Positions 1 to 8,731 of a stretch of 64,000 nucleotides of DNA are shown here, one piece after another (within the stretch, counting starts at the first letter, position 1; every line of letters starts with the position of its first letter). The DNA comes from an uncultured Solirubrobacterales bacterium (GTDB lineage Bacteria > Actinomycetota > Thermoleophilia > Solirubrobacterales > 70-9): positions 2,241,472 to 2,305,471 of the forward strand of contig OY969122.1 of NCBI GenBank assembly GCA_963698085.1. The letters are read 5' to 3'. Made by a program: the position numbers and the translations under genes. The notes under the pieces were generated by a model that saw only the letters and a program-made list of their open reading frames with translations, ran no database searches and had not been told where the DNA came from.

Positions 1-925
1 CCGCGTCGGCGAGTGAGCCTCCACCCGGCACGTCCCAGACCGAGGTCAGGTAGGGGTGGTCCTGGAGGTTCTCGCCCACACCCCGGCGGTCGGCGACGAC
101 CGTGATCCCCTGCTCCTGCAACTGATCCGCCGGCCCGATGCCGGAGAGCAGCAGCAGCTGCGGCGAGCCGAGGGCGCCAGCGGCGAGGATCGTCTCGCGC
201 TGGGCGCCGGCGACCTGCTCGCGACCGCCCTTGCGGTAACGGACGCCAGTGGCGCGGCCGTCCTGCATCTCCACGCTGAGCACCTGCGCGTCGCTGATGA
301 CATTGAGGTTCGGGCGACGCTTTGCTGGCCGTAGGTAGGCGTCGGCGGTGCTCCAGCGCCGCCCGTTGCGCTGGGTGACCTGGGCGAGGGCGGCGCCGTC
401 CTGCTCGGGCCCGTTGTAGTCGGCGATGCGCGGTATACCCACCTCCTCGCAGGCGGCGAGGAAGCTGCCGGTGAGCGGCCGGGGTGAGCGCTCGTCCTCG
501 ACCCGCAACGGGCCGCCGACGGCGTGGTGCTCAGATACGCCGCGGGCGTTGTCCTCGGCTCGCAGGAAGTAGGGCCGGATGTCCTCCCATCCCCATCCCG
601 GCGCACCGTCCGCGGCCCAGCGCTCGTAATCGAGCGGATGGCCGCGCACGTAGAGCATCGCGTTCATCGAGCTGGAGCCACCCACCCCTTTGCCCCGCGG
701 CATGTAGAGGGAGCGGCCGCCGCAGTGCGGCTCAGGCTCGGTCTCGAAGTTCCAGTCGCGCTTGGTCCGGAACTGCTTGGCGAAAGCGGCGGGGATCTTG
801 ACGTCGGGGTGACGGTCTCTACCGCCGGCCTCGATCAGCAGCACGCTGACCGAGGGGTTCTCGCTGAGGCGGGAGGCGAGCACGCAGCCAGCGGAGCCGG
901 CGCCGACGATTACGTAGTCATGCAT
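1..925 (-). CDS. GMC family oxidoreductase (choline dehydrogenase-like), 3' end outside window
   Basis: Reverse-strand ATG at 925-923 gives MHDYVIVGAGSAGCVLASRLSENPSVSVLLIEAGGRD, the FAD-binding N-terminus typical of GMC enzymes. The frame stays open to position 1, so it has no stop in the window and is absent from the ORF track. Confidence 0.85.
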   Translation of the reverse strand, partial: MHDYVIVGAGSAGCVLASRLSENPSVSVLLIEAGGRDRHPDVKIPAAFAKQFRTKRDWNFETEPEPHCGGRSLYMPRGKGVGGSSSMNAMLYVRGHPLDYERWAADGAPGWGWEDIRPYFLRAEDNARGVSEHHAVGGPLRVEDERSPRPLTGSFLAACEEVGIPRIADYNGPEQDGAALAQVTQRNGRRWSTADAYLRPAKRRPNLNVISDAQVLSVEMQDGRATGVRYRKGGREQVAGAQRETILAAGALGSPQLLLLSGIGPADQLQEQGITVVADRRGVGENLQDHPYLTSVWDVPGGGSLADA

Positions 926-1192
926 CGGGCTGGTCCTCGATTCGGTCGGAGACCGAGACCTGGGTTTCGGCCGCGATGACCTTGTGCACGGGGCATTTTC
1001 TCCATCGTGATCGCGATGCAGCTCGCCAGCCCGGCGGCGAGCAGGCGGGTGGGGGAGGCCGGAGTCGGTCCCGCCGGCGACGAGCGGCTCGTCCACCACC
1101 AGCGAATGAGCACCGCCTTCGATCTCGACGTCGTGGGCGTATCCCCCCATTCGGTTCGCTCCGCTCACCCTCCGGCGGGCGACAACCTTCAT
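926..1192 (-). pseudogene. OsmC-like remnant, apparently frameshifted twice and truncated
   Basis: ATG at 1192 gives MKVVARRRVSGANRMGGYAHDVEIEGGAHSLVVDEPLVAGGTDSG. The expected continuation PSPTRLLAAGLASCIAITMEKM is in a second frame after a C5 run. VHKVIAAETQVSVSDRIEDQPDA is in a third frame after an A4/C4 run. It ends where the GMC gene starts, which is too short for a full OsmC. Confidence 0.4.
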
Positions 1193-1197
1193 CGCGC

Positions 1198-1271
1198 CTA
1201 CGTCTTCCGGCGACCCCCGAAGAGGGCCGGATGGTGCCGTTGTCGCCCTTCTTGGTGTAGATCTTGACCAC
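1198..1271 (-). pseudogene. PduO-type cob(I)alamin adenosyltransferase N-terminal remnant
   Basis: GTG at 1271 gives (M)VKIYTKKGDNGT. After a frame slip the sequence reads ALFGGRRKT then TAG (1200-1198). Only about 25 codons of a roughly 180-aa family remain. Confidence 0.35.
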
Positions 1272-1296
1272 GGCGTGATCCTACGCCGCGCCGCCT

Positions 1297-2586
1297 TCAG
1301 CCGACTGGATTGAAGACCAGGCCGGTCAACACCTTGGGAAAGAAGTAGGTCGACTTCGGTGGCATGTTCTCGTCGCTTTCGCAGATCGCCTTGACCTGGT
1401 CGACTGGGATCGGGCGGAGGATGAAGGCGACGTCGTAGGTGCCGTCCTCGAGCAGGGAGAGCGAGTCCTCGACGCTCTTCGAGTAGCCAAGGCCGCGCTT
1501 GGCGAGGATGTCGTCTTCGCTGAGGCCGGCGATCCCTTTCAGCACGAGCGTCTCGAGGATCGCCGCGTCGAGGCGGCGGTAGGCCTCGGGCTTGCCGGCG
1601 AGCTGCTCATCGAGGGCGGCGACGGCGCTGTCCTTGAGCTGCAGGCGGAAGGCCTTTTGGTGGAAGGAGTCGTAGAGCCCGAAGACGCCGGCACCCTCCT
1701 TGCCGAGTGGGTCGAGCTGCTCGAGTGGCACCTCGCTCGCATCGAAGAGCTCGCGCAGGCCCTCGCCGAGGCGGCGCTGGCGCTCGGGGTCCTCGCGCAA
1801 GCCGGAGAGCAGGCGGTGGGTGGGGAAAACGGTGAGGCCCGGGTCGTCGAGCCCGGTCAGCGCCATCAGGGTGAAGTTGTGATCACCCTCGCCGCCGATC
1901 TCGTCGCGGTAGGCGATCGCCGTCTCGTAGCGATGGTGGCCGTCGGCGATCAGCAGCTGGGCGCCGCCGAGCAGCTCGCTGACCTGGGCGTGAATAGCGG
2001 GGTCGCCAACCCGCCAGACCTTGGTCACCGTGCCGCCTTCGTCGGTGGCTTCGCCCCAAGGCTCCGCCGACTTGACCGCCGGCGCGACCAGCGGCCAGGG
2101 GTCCTTGGTGGCGAGCGAGAAGATCGGCGAGAGGTTGTGGCGGGTGGCGCGGGTCAGGTCGAGGCGGTCTTTCTTCGGCCCCGGCAGGGTGCGCTCGTGG
2201 GGTAGGACCTGGCCGGCGGAGAAGTCCTCAACCCGAACGCGGGCGAGGATGCCGTGACGGGTGCGGGGGGTACCGTCGGGACCGGTGTAGTCCTGGGTCA
2301 TCGCCCAGATCGCCGGCTCGGCGTCGGCGACGAGCGTGCCCGCCGCCCGCCACTCGTCCATCAGCCGCGCCGCCCGCTCGTAGGGGTCGTCCTCGGTCTG
2401 CTGCGGGCCGGTCTCGCCGTAGGGTTTCGGCAGGTCGATCGCCACCGCGTTGAAAGGGGAGCGTTCGAGCAGCTCCGCCCGCATCTCGGCATCGATCACG
2501 TCATAGGGCGGCGCCGCCACGTCCTGCAGCGAGCCGACCACGCCGAGGTCGTAGTGGGTCGCATGGATCGGGCGCACGTCGGCCAT
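1297..2586 (-). CDS. DUF1015 domain-containing protein
   Basis: 429-aa ORF. The N-terminus ...APPYDVIDAEMRAELLERSPFNAVAIDLP... and overall length fit DUF1015. Third-position GC is high. Confidence 0.8.
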   Translation of the reverse strand: MADVRPIHATHYDLGVVGSLQDVAAPPYDVIDAEMRAELLERSPFNAVAIDLPKPYGETGPQQTEDDPYERAARLMDEWRAAGTLVADAEPAIWAMTQDYTGPDGTPRTRHGILARVRVEDFSAGQVLPHERTLPGPKKDRLDLTRATRHNLSPIFSLATKDPWPLVAPAVKSAEPWGEATDEGGTVTKVWRVGDPAIHAQVSELLGGAQLLIADGHHRYETAIAYRDEIGGEGDHNFTLMALTGLDDPGLTVFPTHRLLSGLREDPERQRRLGEGLRELFDASEVPLEQLDPLGKEGAGVFGLYDSFHQKAFRLQLKDSAVAALDEQLAGKPEAYRRLDAAILETLVLKGIAGLSEDDILAKRGLGYSKSVEDSLSLLEDGTYDVAFILRPIPVDQVKAICESDENMPPKSTYFFPKVLTGLVFNPVG

Positions 2587-2658
2587 CGAGCGCGAAACCT
2601 AGCGGTTTCTCGCTCGAAGCTCGCTTGGCTGCACAGTGCAGCTTTACACTGGCGGCAG

Positions 2659-2732
2659 CGGGGCGTGGCGCAGCCTGGTAGCGCGCGGCCTTTGGGTGGC
2701 CGAGGTCCCCGGTTCGAATCCGGGCGCCCCGA
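2659..2732 (+). tRNA. tRNA-Pro (anticodon TGG)
   Basis: Hand-folded cloverleaf. Acceptor cggggcg/cgccccg, D arm gcgc-agcctggta-gcgc, anticodon stem cggcc/ggccg with loop tttgggt, T arm cccgg-ttcgaat-ccggg. No encoded CCA. Confidence 0.93.
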
Positions 2733-2733
2733 T

Positions 2734-3159
2734 TTGAAGTGGCTTGGGATCTCCGTCGCGTCGGTTGCCTTCGGGCTGCCGCCGATCGCGTTTGCGGTCG
2801 CGCTGGTGCTCGTACAAGGGCACGCCGACATCGCCTACTTCGAGGCGATCGCGCAGATCATCCCGATCGTGATCCTCGCCCTGGCGATCGAGCTGCGCTA
2901 TTTCTCGCCTGGCCGAGAGCCTCCTGAGTCCTTGGGCCTGCTCTTTCGAGATCCGGTTCGGGCACGGGTCGTGGGGGCCGTCTACGCGGCCGCAACCCTT
3001 CTGGCGCTCGTGCTCAGCGAGGCGATCGCGCTCTGGGTCCTGGCCGAGGGAAGCTCGAGCCAGCTCAAACTGAGCATCACCACGGCCGGCTTGACGGCCG
3101 GTGCGGTTGCCCTGGTGGTGGCGATCCTGCTGCCGGCCGGCGACGAGACGGCTAGCTGA
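2734..3159 (+). CDS. small integral membrane protein (hypothetical)
   Basis: This is the 3' part of track ORF 2254..3159. The upstream part crosses the tRNA-Pro gene and is rejected. The hydrophobic segments WLGISVASVAFGLPPIAFAVALVLV and GAVALVVAILLPAG are in this part. The TTG 2734 start is a guess. Confidence 0.45.
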   Translation: MKWLGISVASVAFGLPPIAFAVALVLVQGHADIAYFEAIAQIIPIVILALAIELRYFSPGREPPESLGLLFRDPVRARVVGAVYAAATLLALVLSEAIALWVLAEGSSSQLKLSITTAGLTAGAVALVVAILLPAGDETAS

Positions 3160-3198
3160 TGCTGCCTGGACGCTTGTCCATTCACGAATTCCCTGGAA

Positions 3199-3495
3199 AT
3201 GCCGATAAGCGCGGCGATGGAGAGGCAATCAGGAAGTCCAAGACGGCGGGAACGAGTCATTTTCGAAACCGATCGTCATCACGTCGTCGGCGATGTGACG
3301 CTGCCGCCGGAGGGCTACCAGAGCCGCTTCTCGGATGCGGTGAACCGACCCGACGTCGCTTTCATCCCGCTTCTCGACGTCGAGATCACACCGCTCGGCG
3401 GCGGCGAGACCAAACGGCGCGGCTTCATCGTCCTCGCCAAGGAGCACATCCGGCTCGCTTACCCGCTGGACGAAGCCGGCTTCGACGCTAACTAG
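3199..3495 (+). CDS. conserved hypothetical protein
   Basis: 98-aa ORF with non-repetitive, globular-looking sequence (RVIFETDRHHVVGDVTLPPEGYQSRFSDAVNR...FIVLAKEHIRLAYPLDE). An alternative start is ATG 3217. Confidence 0.6.
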   Translation: MPISAAMERQSGSPRRRERVIFETDRHHVVGDVTLPPEGYQSRFSDAVNRPDVAFIPLLDVEITPLGGGETKRRGFIVLAKEHIRLAYPLDEAGFDAN

Positions 3496-3763
3496 TCTGC
3501 GCGCGCCGCCTGCCGCTGCCGGCGAAGGCGCCGATGTCGATCAGGAAGGCGGCGATGACGATGAACCACTCGAAGCCGAGAACGCCGTTGGACGAGGACC
3601 ACATCACCGCGTAGGCGAGCGTCGTCCAGGGCAGCAGGAAGAAGCCGAGCAGGGGAACGATCCAGCTGTCGAAAGCGCGGCTGAGCAGGTCGCTGAAGAG
3701 GAACAGAACGAACAGCGCCAGCCGGGGCGAGATCAGGGCGAAAAGAAGAGCTAGGCAGCCGAT
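3488..3763 (-). CDS. small membrane protein with no canonical start codon
   Basis: Frame not in the ORF track: IGCLALLFALISPRLALFVLFLFSDLLSRAFDSWIVPLLGFFLLPWTTLAYAVMWSSSNGVLGFEWFIVIAAFLIDIGAFAGSGRRRAQTS*. Third-position GC is very high. An in-frame TAG lies 4 codons upstream of ATC 3763. The listed 3492..3878 ORF is the wrong frame. Confidence 0.45.
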   Translation of the reverse strand: MGCLALLFALISPRLALFVLFLFSDLLSRAFDSWIVPLLGFFLLPWTTLAYAVMWSSSNGVLGFEWFIVIAAFLIDIGAFAGSGRRRAQTS

Positions 3764-3785
3764 TACGCAACGCTACCCTCTGTGA

Positions 3786-4442
3786 GTGCTCTGGAGCCGT
3801 CAGAAGAGTGAAAAGCCGGCGCCGGAGGATGCTCTTCCAGGCCGCAGCGAGCCCGCCTTCGAGGTGCCCGAGCGCCACGCCGTGCTCGACGCCCCGCTGG
3901 TGTCACCGTTCCCCGAGGGTCTCGAAACCGCTTACTTTGCGCTCGGCTGCTTCTGGGGGGCGGAGCGGCTCTTCTGGGTGCTTGACGGCGTCTACACGAC
4001 GGCGGTCGGCTACATGAACGGGACGACCCCGAACCCGACCTACGAGGAGGTCTGCTCGGGCCGGACGGGTCACGCCGAGGCGGTCCTCGTCGTCTTTGAC
4101 CCGAAGCAGGTCTCCTACGCGCGTCTGCTCGAGGTCTTCTTCGAGGAGCACGACCCGACCCAGGGAATGCGCCAGGGCAATGACGTCGGCACCCAGTACC
4201 GCTCGGGCATCTACTTCACCGGCGACTCTCAGAAGGCGACTGCGGAGATGGCGCGTGAGGCCTACGACGAGGCCCTGCGCGTCGCCGGACACGAGCCGAT
4301 CACGACCGAGGTCGAGCCCGCCGGGCCCTTCTACTACGCCGAGGACTACCACCAGCAGTACCTGCACAAGGTGCCGAACGGCTACTGTGGCCTCGCCGGC
4401 ACTGGCGTCTCCTGCCGCATCCCAGCCGCCACCGCCGATTAA
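3786..4442 (+). CDS. msrA: peptide-methionine (S)-S-oxide reductase
   Basis: GCFWGAE active-site motif and [32 protein letters not shown] are diagnostic of MsrA. Confidence 0.95.
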   Translation: MLWSRQKSEKPAPEDALPGRSEPAFEVPERHAVLDAPLVSPFPEGLETAYFALGCFWGAERLFWVLDGVYTTAVGYMNGTTPNPTYEEVCSGRTGHAEAVLVVFDPKQVSYARLLEVFFEEHDPTQGMRQGNDVGTQYRSGIYFTGDSQKATAEMAREAYDEALRVAGHEPITTEVEPAGPFYYAEDYHQQYLHKVPNGYCGLAGTGVSCRIPAATAD

Positions 4443-4483
4443 GTAGCTCGCGCGCCCGGCGCGCCGAATAGCATCCCGCGACC

Positions 4484-6655
4484 GTGACCCCCTCCCTGGG
4501 TTCCTACATCGGCGGCTGCCTAGCGACGATCGGCATCGTCGCGGCGCTCGGCCTCGGCGGCTACTGGCTGCGGCGCTGGATCGTGCCCGAGTTTTCCGGT
4601 GCCCTCGCCCGCCTTGCCGACGCGACGCTCGCCGTCGCGCTGCTGATCCTCGCTCTGCAGCTGCTCGGCACGCTCGAGATCCTCACTGTCGGCTGGACGA
4701 TCGTCATCTGCGTCGCGATCGGGCTCGGCGCGGCTGCGCTCGGTTGGATGAAGGCACCCCCGCAGGACCGCGAAGTCAGCGCCCCGCAGGTGCAGACGGC
4801 AGCGCTGCTGATTGCACTCGCGGTCGCCTCCTGGGTGGTCGCCGAGTGGACCTTTCCCTCCCAGCTCGCCCTCGACCACGGCATGTTCGGTGGCGACACC
4901 ACCTGGTACCACATGCCCTTCTCGGGGCGGATCGCGCAGGAGGGGTCGACGCTGCCGCTCCACTTCACCGACCCGCTGCGACTCGTCGCCTGGTTCTACC
5001 CCGGCAGCGCCGAGCTGATCCACGCCGGCGGCATCGTCCTCTTTAAGAGCGACTGGCTCTCGCCGCTGATCAACATGATCTGGCTCTCGATCGCCCTGCT
5101 CGCCGCCTGGTGCGTTGGCCGCCCTTACAAGGTCGGACCGGCGACGCTCGTCGCTGGTGCGCTGGTCTTCTCGGCCGGGGTGATGATCGAGACGCAGCCG
5201 GGAGAGGGGCGCAACGACATCATGGGGCTCGCTTTCCTGCTGGCCTTCGTCGCCTTCTTGATCAACGGCCACCAGCGGCGGGCGCCAACCGCCGGGGCGG
5301 TGCAGGATGCGCCCGAGCGCGATGCGCCGCTGCTCGACAAGGGGCCGTTGATCCTCGCCGGCGTTGCTGCCGGGCTGGCGATCTCGGTGAAGCTGCCGCT
5401 GCTGGCACCGGTCGGCGCAATCGCGGTCGGCATGGTCGTCGTCAGCGGTGCCGGACGCAGGCTGATGACCGCGGCGGCGATCGGCGTCCCGGCCTTCGTC
5501 GTCGGCGGTTACTGGTACGTGCGGGCAGCGATCATCACCGGCGGCAACCCGCTTCCACAGTCGAAATGGGGCCCTCTGAACCTGCCGCGCCCCGACCAGA
5601 TGCCGCTCGATCCGCGGCCCCGCTTCGCCGTCGCCCACTACCTCACCGACCCCACCGTCTATCGGCGCTGGTTCTTCCCCGACCTGAACGACGCGCTCGG
5701 CCCGCTCTGGCCGCTGATCCTGATCGTCGCCGTCGCCGCAGCGATCTTCATTGCCGTGCGCTCGCGCAACCAGATCCTGCGAGTCGTCGCTGCGGCGGCG
5801 CTGCTGACCGCGGTCGTCTACCTCTTCACCCCGCTAACCGCCGCCGGCCAGGAGGGCTCGCCGACGGGCTTCTTCACCAACACCCGCTACCTGATGCCCG
5901 GCCTGCTGCTGGCGCTGACGCTGGTGCCGATCGCGCGGCCACTGCGCGCCCCCGACTCGCGCGCCTGGCAGACGCTGCTCTTCCTCGTCGCCGTGTACGC
6001 GATCACGGTCTTAACTACGCCGCGCTGGTACCCGGACTACATAGTCGGCGCGGTCTTCCTCACTCTGGCGCTGGTCTGGGCGCCAGCGGCGCTCGGCCTG
6101 CTGCGCGGCCGCCGTCGGGTCAGCCGCGGCTACGTCGCTGCTGTCGCCGGAGTCATCCTCCTGCTTGCTGTGATCCTCGGCCGCGCCCAGGAGGTCCAGT
6201 ACTACAACCAGCATTACCAACGAACCACGCCGTTCCTGCAGGACGGAGGTCCGCAGAAGGCCTACACGTTCGCGCACAACCGGCACGGGGCGAGGATCGG
6301 GATCGCAGGATCGGGGGAGATCTTCTTCGGTCAGTACGGCTTCTACGGCGCCAACCTCGACAACTACGTCCAGTACATCGGCGTCGAGGGGCCGGACGGT
6401 CAGTACCGCCTGGCGACGACCTGCCGCCAGTTCCGGCGAATAGTCAACGAGGGTGACTACGACTTCCTGATCACCAGTAAGGCGACCCAGGACTCACCCG
6501 AGGCCGACTACTACTATCCGGTCAACGCCTGGCTGAAAACCGACCCCGCCCTGAAGTTGATGATCGAAGAGCCCGACATCACCCCCCAGCCGGATTACGT
6601 TTACAAAGTCAACGGCAAGCTCGACGTCACCTGCGCCGATCGCCAGGAAAGCTGA
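4484..6655 (+). CDS. large polytopic membrane protein, function unknown (possibly GT-C-like glycosyltransferase)
   Basis: 723-aa ORF with many hydrophobic helices and a soluble C-terminal domain of about 150 aa. I could assign no diagnostic motif. Confidence 0.7.
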   Translation: MTPSLGSYIGGCLATIGIVAALGLGGYWLRRWIVPEFSGALARLADATLAVALLILALQLLGTLEILTVGWTIVICVAIGLGAAALGWMKAPPQDREVSAPQVQTAALLIALAVASWVVAEWTFPSQLALDHGMFGGDTTWYHMPFSGRIAQEGSTLPLHFTDPLRLVAWFYPGSAELIHAGGIVLFKSDWLSPLINMIWLSIALLAAWCVGRPYKVGPATLVAGALVFSAGVMIETQPGEGRNDIMGLAFLLAFVAFLINGHQRRAPTAGAVQDAPERDAPLLDKGPLILAGVAAGLAISVKLPLLAPVGAIAVGMVVVSGAGRRLMTAAAIGVPAFVVGGYWYVRAAIITGGNPLPQSKWGPLNLPRPDQMPLDPRPRFAVAHYLTDPTVYRRWFFPDLNDALGPLWPLILIVAVAAAIFIAVRSRNQILRVVAAAALLTAVVYLFTPLTAAGQEGSPTGFFTNTRYLMPGLLLALTLVPIARPLRAPDSRAWQTLLFLVAVYAITVLTTPRWYPDYIVGAVFLTLALVWAPAALGLLRGRRRVSRGYVAAVAGVILLLAVILGRAQEVQYYNQHYQRTTPFLQDGGPQKAYTFAHNRHGARIGIAGSGEIFFGQYGFYGANLDNYVQYIGVEGPDGQYRLATTCRQFRRIVNEGDYDFLITSKATQDSPEADYYYPVNAWLKTDPALKLMIEEPDITPQPDYVYKVNGKLDVTCADRQES

Positions 6656-6693
6656 TCCCAGCGCCCTCGCGGGCCGTAAGCTAGGTGCACCGG

Positions 6694-6766
6694 GCCCCCG
6701 TAGCTCAGTGGACAGAGCGGCTGCCTTCTAAGCAGCGGGTCGCAGGTTCGAATCCTGCCGGGGGTA
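6694..6766 (+). tRNA. tRNA-Arg (anticodon TCT)
   Basis: Acceptor gcccccg/cgggggt (G1-U72), D arm gctc-agtggac-agagc, anticodon stem gctgc/gcagc with loop cttctaa, T arm gcagg-ttcgaat-cctgc. Confidence 0.92.
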
Positions 6767-6838
6767 TCGCGCTCCGCTCGGTGTCAGGAATCGAGGGCCT
6801 TGGCGGCTCCCCGGTCCACTGCTCCTCGAGCAGGGCTT

Positions 6839-6979
6839 CTACACCCGGATGGATGCGCGGGCGGCCATTCCAAGCAGTTCCGCCTTGCGCTTTCCCTTGA
6901 AATGCCCCTGAACCGACTCGAGCTCGTCCAGAACCGAGTTCACCCGGTTCATCTCGTCGCGGACTTGGGTCAGGATCAT
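6839..6979 (-). CDS. 46-aa hypothetical protein, translationally coupled
   Basis: The ATG overlaps the TGA of the upstream gene (ATGA at 6979-6976). Product: MILTQVRDEMNRVNSVLDELESVQGHFKGKRKAELLGMAARASIRV. About 38 of 46 codons end in G or C. It is below the ORF-track length cutoff. Confidence 0.45.
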   Translation of the reverse strand: MILTQVRDEMNRVNSVLDELESVQGHFKGKRKAELLGMAARASIRV

Positions 6980-7521
6980 GGTTCGGCGACCCCGAAGTAC
7001 TCGGCCACGTCGGCGGGCATCATGTAGGCGGGGGGTCTGGGGAAGATCGCGCCTGTGCGGACGAGCGCTTCGCAGGCGAAGCCGGAGCAGATCGCGGTGC
7101 CGACCTTGCCGAAGACGATTTTGCTACCCAGGGTCAGGGTGAAGAAGAGGCTGACGATCGTCAGCCACCCGTACCGGGTTCTGCTTGGAGCGTCGAGCAC
7201 CGCGGTGGCAAAAGCGGCGATCTGGGTTCGATCCTCGTCCGAGCACTGAACCCGGACGACGTGGTACTCGGTGCCCGTGTAATTGGAGAGCTTGGTCCGC
7301 ACGACCCCGTCCGAGAGCGCCTCACCGAGGTTGCCCTCCTCGTCGAGGACAAGGGCAACGTGGTTCCAGTGTGCGAAACGCTGCCGCGCGCCGCGGAAGC
7401 GCAGGCGCTGGCCGAAGCGAATCATGCGGGACGTCCAGTAGCTCCCGTGGGTGAGGACGATGTCGCCCGTCGCCAAGCCCTCGGCGGCATCGCCGGGTCC
7501 GTACCTCTCAGCCGCAACCAA
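6976..7521 (-). CDS. YiiX/permuted papain-like (C92-type) amidase family protein
   Basis: 3' part of track ORF 6976..7986. GDIVLTHGSYWTSRMIRFGQ...HWNHVALVLDE...GTAICSGFACEAL resembles the YiiX-like fold. TTG at 7521 follows GGGAGG with a 9-nt spacer. The upstream part of the ORF overlaps the + strand gene at 7630. Confidence 0.6.
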   Translation of the reverse strand: MVAAERYGPGDAAEGLATGDIVLTHGSYWTSRMIRFGQRLRFRGARQRFAHWNHVALVLDEEGNLGEALSDGVVRTKLSNYTGTEYHVVRVQCSDEDRTQIAAFATAVLDAPSRTRYGWLTIVSLFFTLTLGSKIVFGKVGTAICSGFACEALVRTGAIFPRPPAYMMPADVAEYFGVAEP

Positions 7522-7629
7522 AGTCTCTCGCCTCCCGGTTGAACGCTCTCGTTCGCTCAGCTTATAGCGATCGATCGGGCCCCGCAGTACTGAGGGTGAA
7601 ACGCATCTGGGCGGTAGCCTGAGTGAATC

Positions 7630-8526
7630 GTGTCCAACGCACTCATAGCGGGCGCTACGGGCTTCGTCGGCGGCCGGCTCGCCGAGTCTTTGGCCGGTTC
7701 GGGGGCGCCCGTCCGGTGCCTCGTCCGCGATCGCTCCAGGGCAGCGCACCTCGAATCGCTTGGCCTGGAGATCAGCGAGGCCGATGTGACTGACGCGGCG
7801 AGCCTCGAGGGCACCGGTGAGGGCATCGACGTCGCCTACTTCCTCGTCCACTCGATGGGCGGTGGCGAGGGCTATGCGGAGCGCGAGCGGCTGGGGGCGG
7901 GTAACTTCGCCCGGATGGCGTCGCGCGAGGGAATTGAGCGCGTCATCTACCTCGGTGGACTGGGCGAGGACGACGCCTCCGAGCACCTGCGCAGCCGCAA
8001 CGAGACCGCGCGGGTCCTGGCAGCCGGCCCGCCGCTCACCTACTTCCGGGCGGCGATGGTGGTCGGCGCGGGCAGCGAGTCCTACCGCACGCTGCGCTAT
8101 CTGGTTGGACGGCTGCCGGTGATGATCGCGCCGGCCTGGCTGCAGACCGACACGCAGCCGATCGGGATCGAGGCCGTGGTCGAGTACCTGCGCCGTGCGC
8201 CCGAGGTCCCCGAGTCGGTTGGGAGAGACGTGCAGATCGGCGGTCCCGACGTGCTCACCTACGCGAAGATGCTCGACCGGATGGCGGCCGCGATGGGCAA
8301 GCGGCGCCGGCCGAAGCTGCCGGTCCCCTTCGTCACGCCGTGGCTGTCGTCGCTCTGGCTCGGCCTGATCACCCCCGTCGACACGAAGGTGGCGCGCCCC
8401 CTAATTGAGGGGCTGACCACGGCGACCGTGGTCACCGACCCGTCTGGCGCCGAGCCGTTCGGGGTTGCCCCGGAATCGTTCGACGAGACGCTGCGCCGTG
8501 CCCTCGAAGAGGAAGAACGGGAGTGA
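7630..8526 (+). CDS. NAD(P)H-binding protein (atypical SDR/NmrA-like)
   Basis: N-terminal Rossmann motif LIAGATGFVGGRL. 298 aa. Confidence 0.8.
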   Translation: MSNALIAGATGFVGGRLAESLAGSGAPVRCLVRDRSRAAHLESLGLEISEADVTDAASLEGTGEGIDVAYFLVHSMGGGEGYAERERLGAGNFARMASREGIERVIYLGGLGEDDASEHLRSRNETARVLAAGPPLTYFRAAMVVGAGSESYRTLRYLVGRLPVMIAPAWLQTDTQPIGIEAVVEYLRRAPEVPESVGRDVQIGGPDVLTYAKMLDRMAAAMGKRRRPKLPVPFVTPWLSSLWLGLITPVDTKVARPLIEGLTTATVVTDPSGAEPFGVAPESFDETLRRALEEEERE

Positions 8527-8563
8527 GGCGTTTCCCGAATCGGAGCGCGGGTAACCAGCGGCC

Positions 8564-8707
8564 ATGACTCCAAGCTCAATAGTGGTAATCCTCATCGGGA
8601 TCGTGCTGGCGCTGCTCGTCAACTACATCCTCGGGATCATCGTGATCCTGATCGGGTTGGCGATGCTGCTGATGCCGATGCTCGGTGGCACCAGGCGTCG
8701 CGTTTAG
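8564..8707 (+). CDS. 47-aa small membrane protein
   Basis: MTPSSIVVILIGIVLALLVNYILGIIVILIGLAMLLMPMLGGTRRRV. Two hydrophobic helices. Below the track cutoff. Confidence 0.4.
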   Translation: MTPSSIVVILIGIVLALLVNYILGIIVILIGLAMLLMPMLGGTRRRV

Positions 8708-8731
8708 ACGCCTAGGCCACAATCGGAGCCG

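Noticed and set aside
2254-2733. The N-terminal 160 codons of track ORF 2254..3159.
   Set aside because: This part is antisense to the DUF1015 gene, runs through tRNA-Pro, and has an Arg/Gly-rich junk translation.
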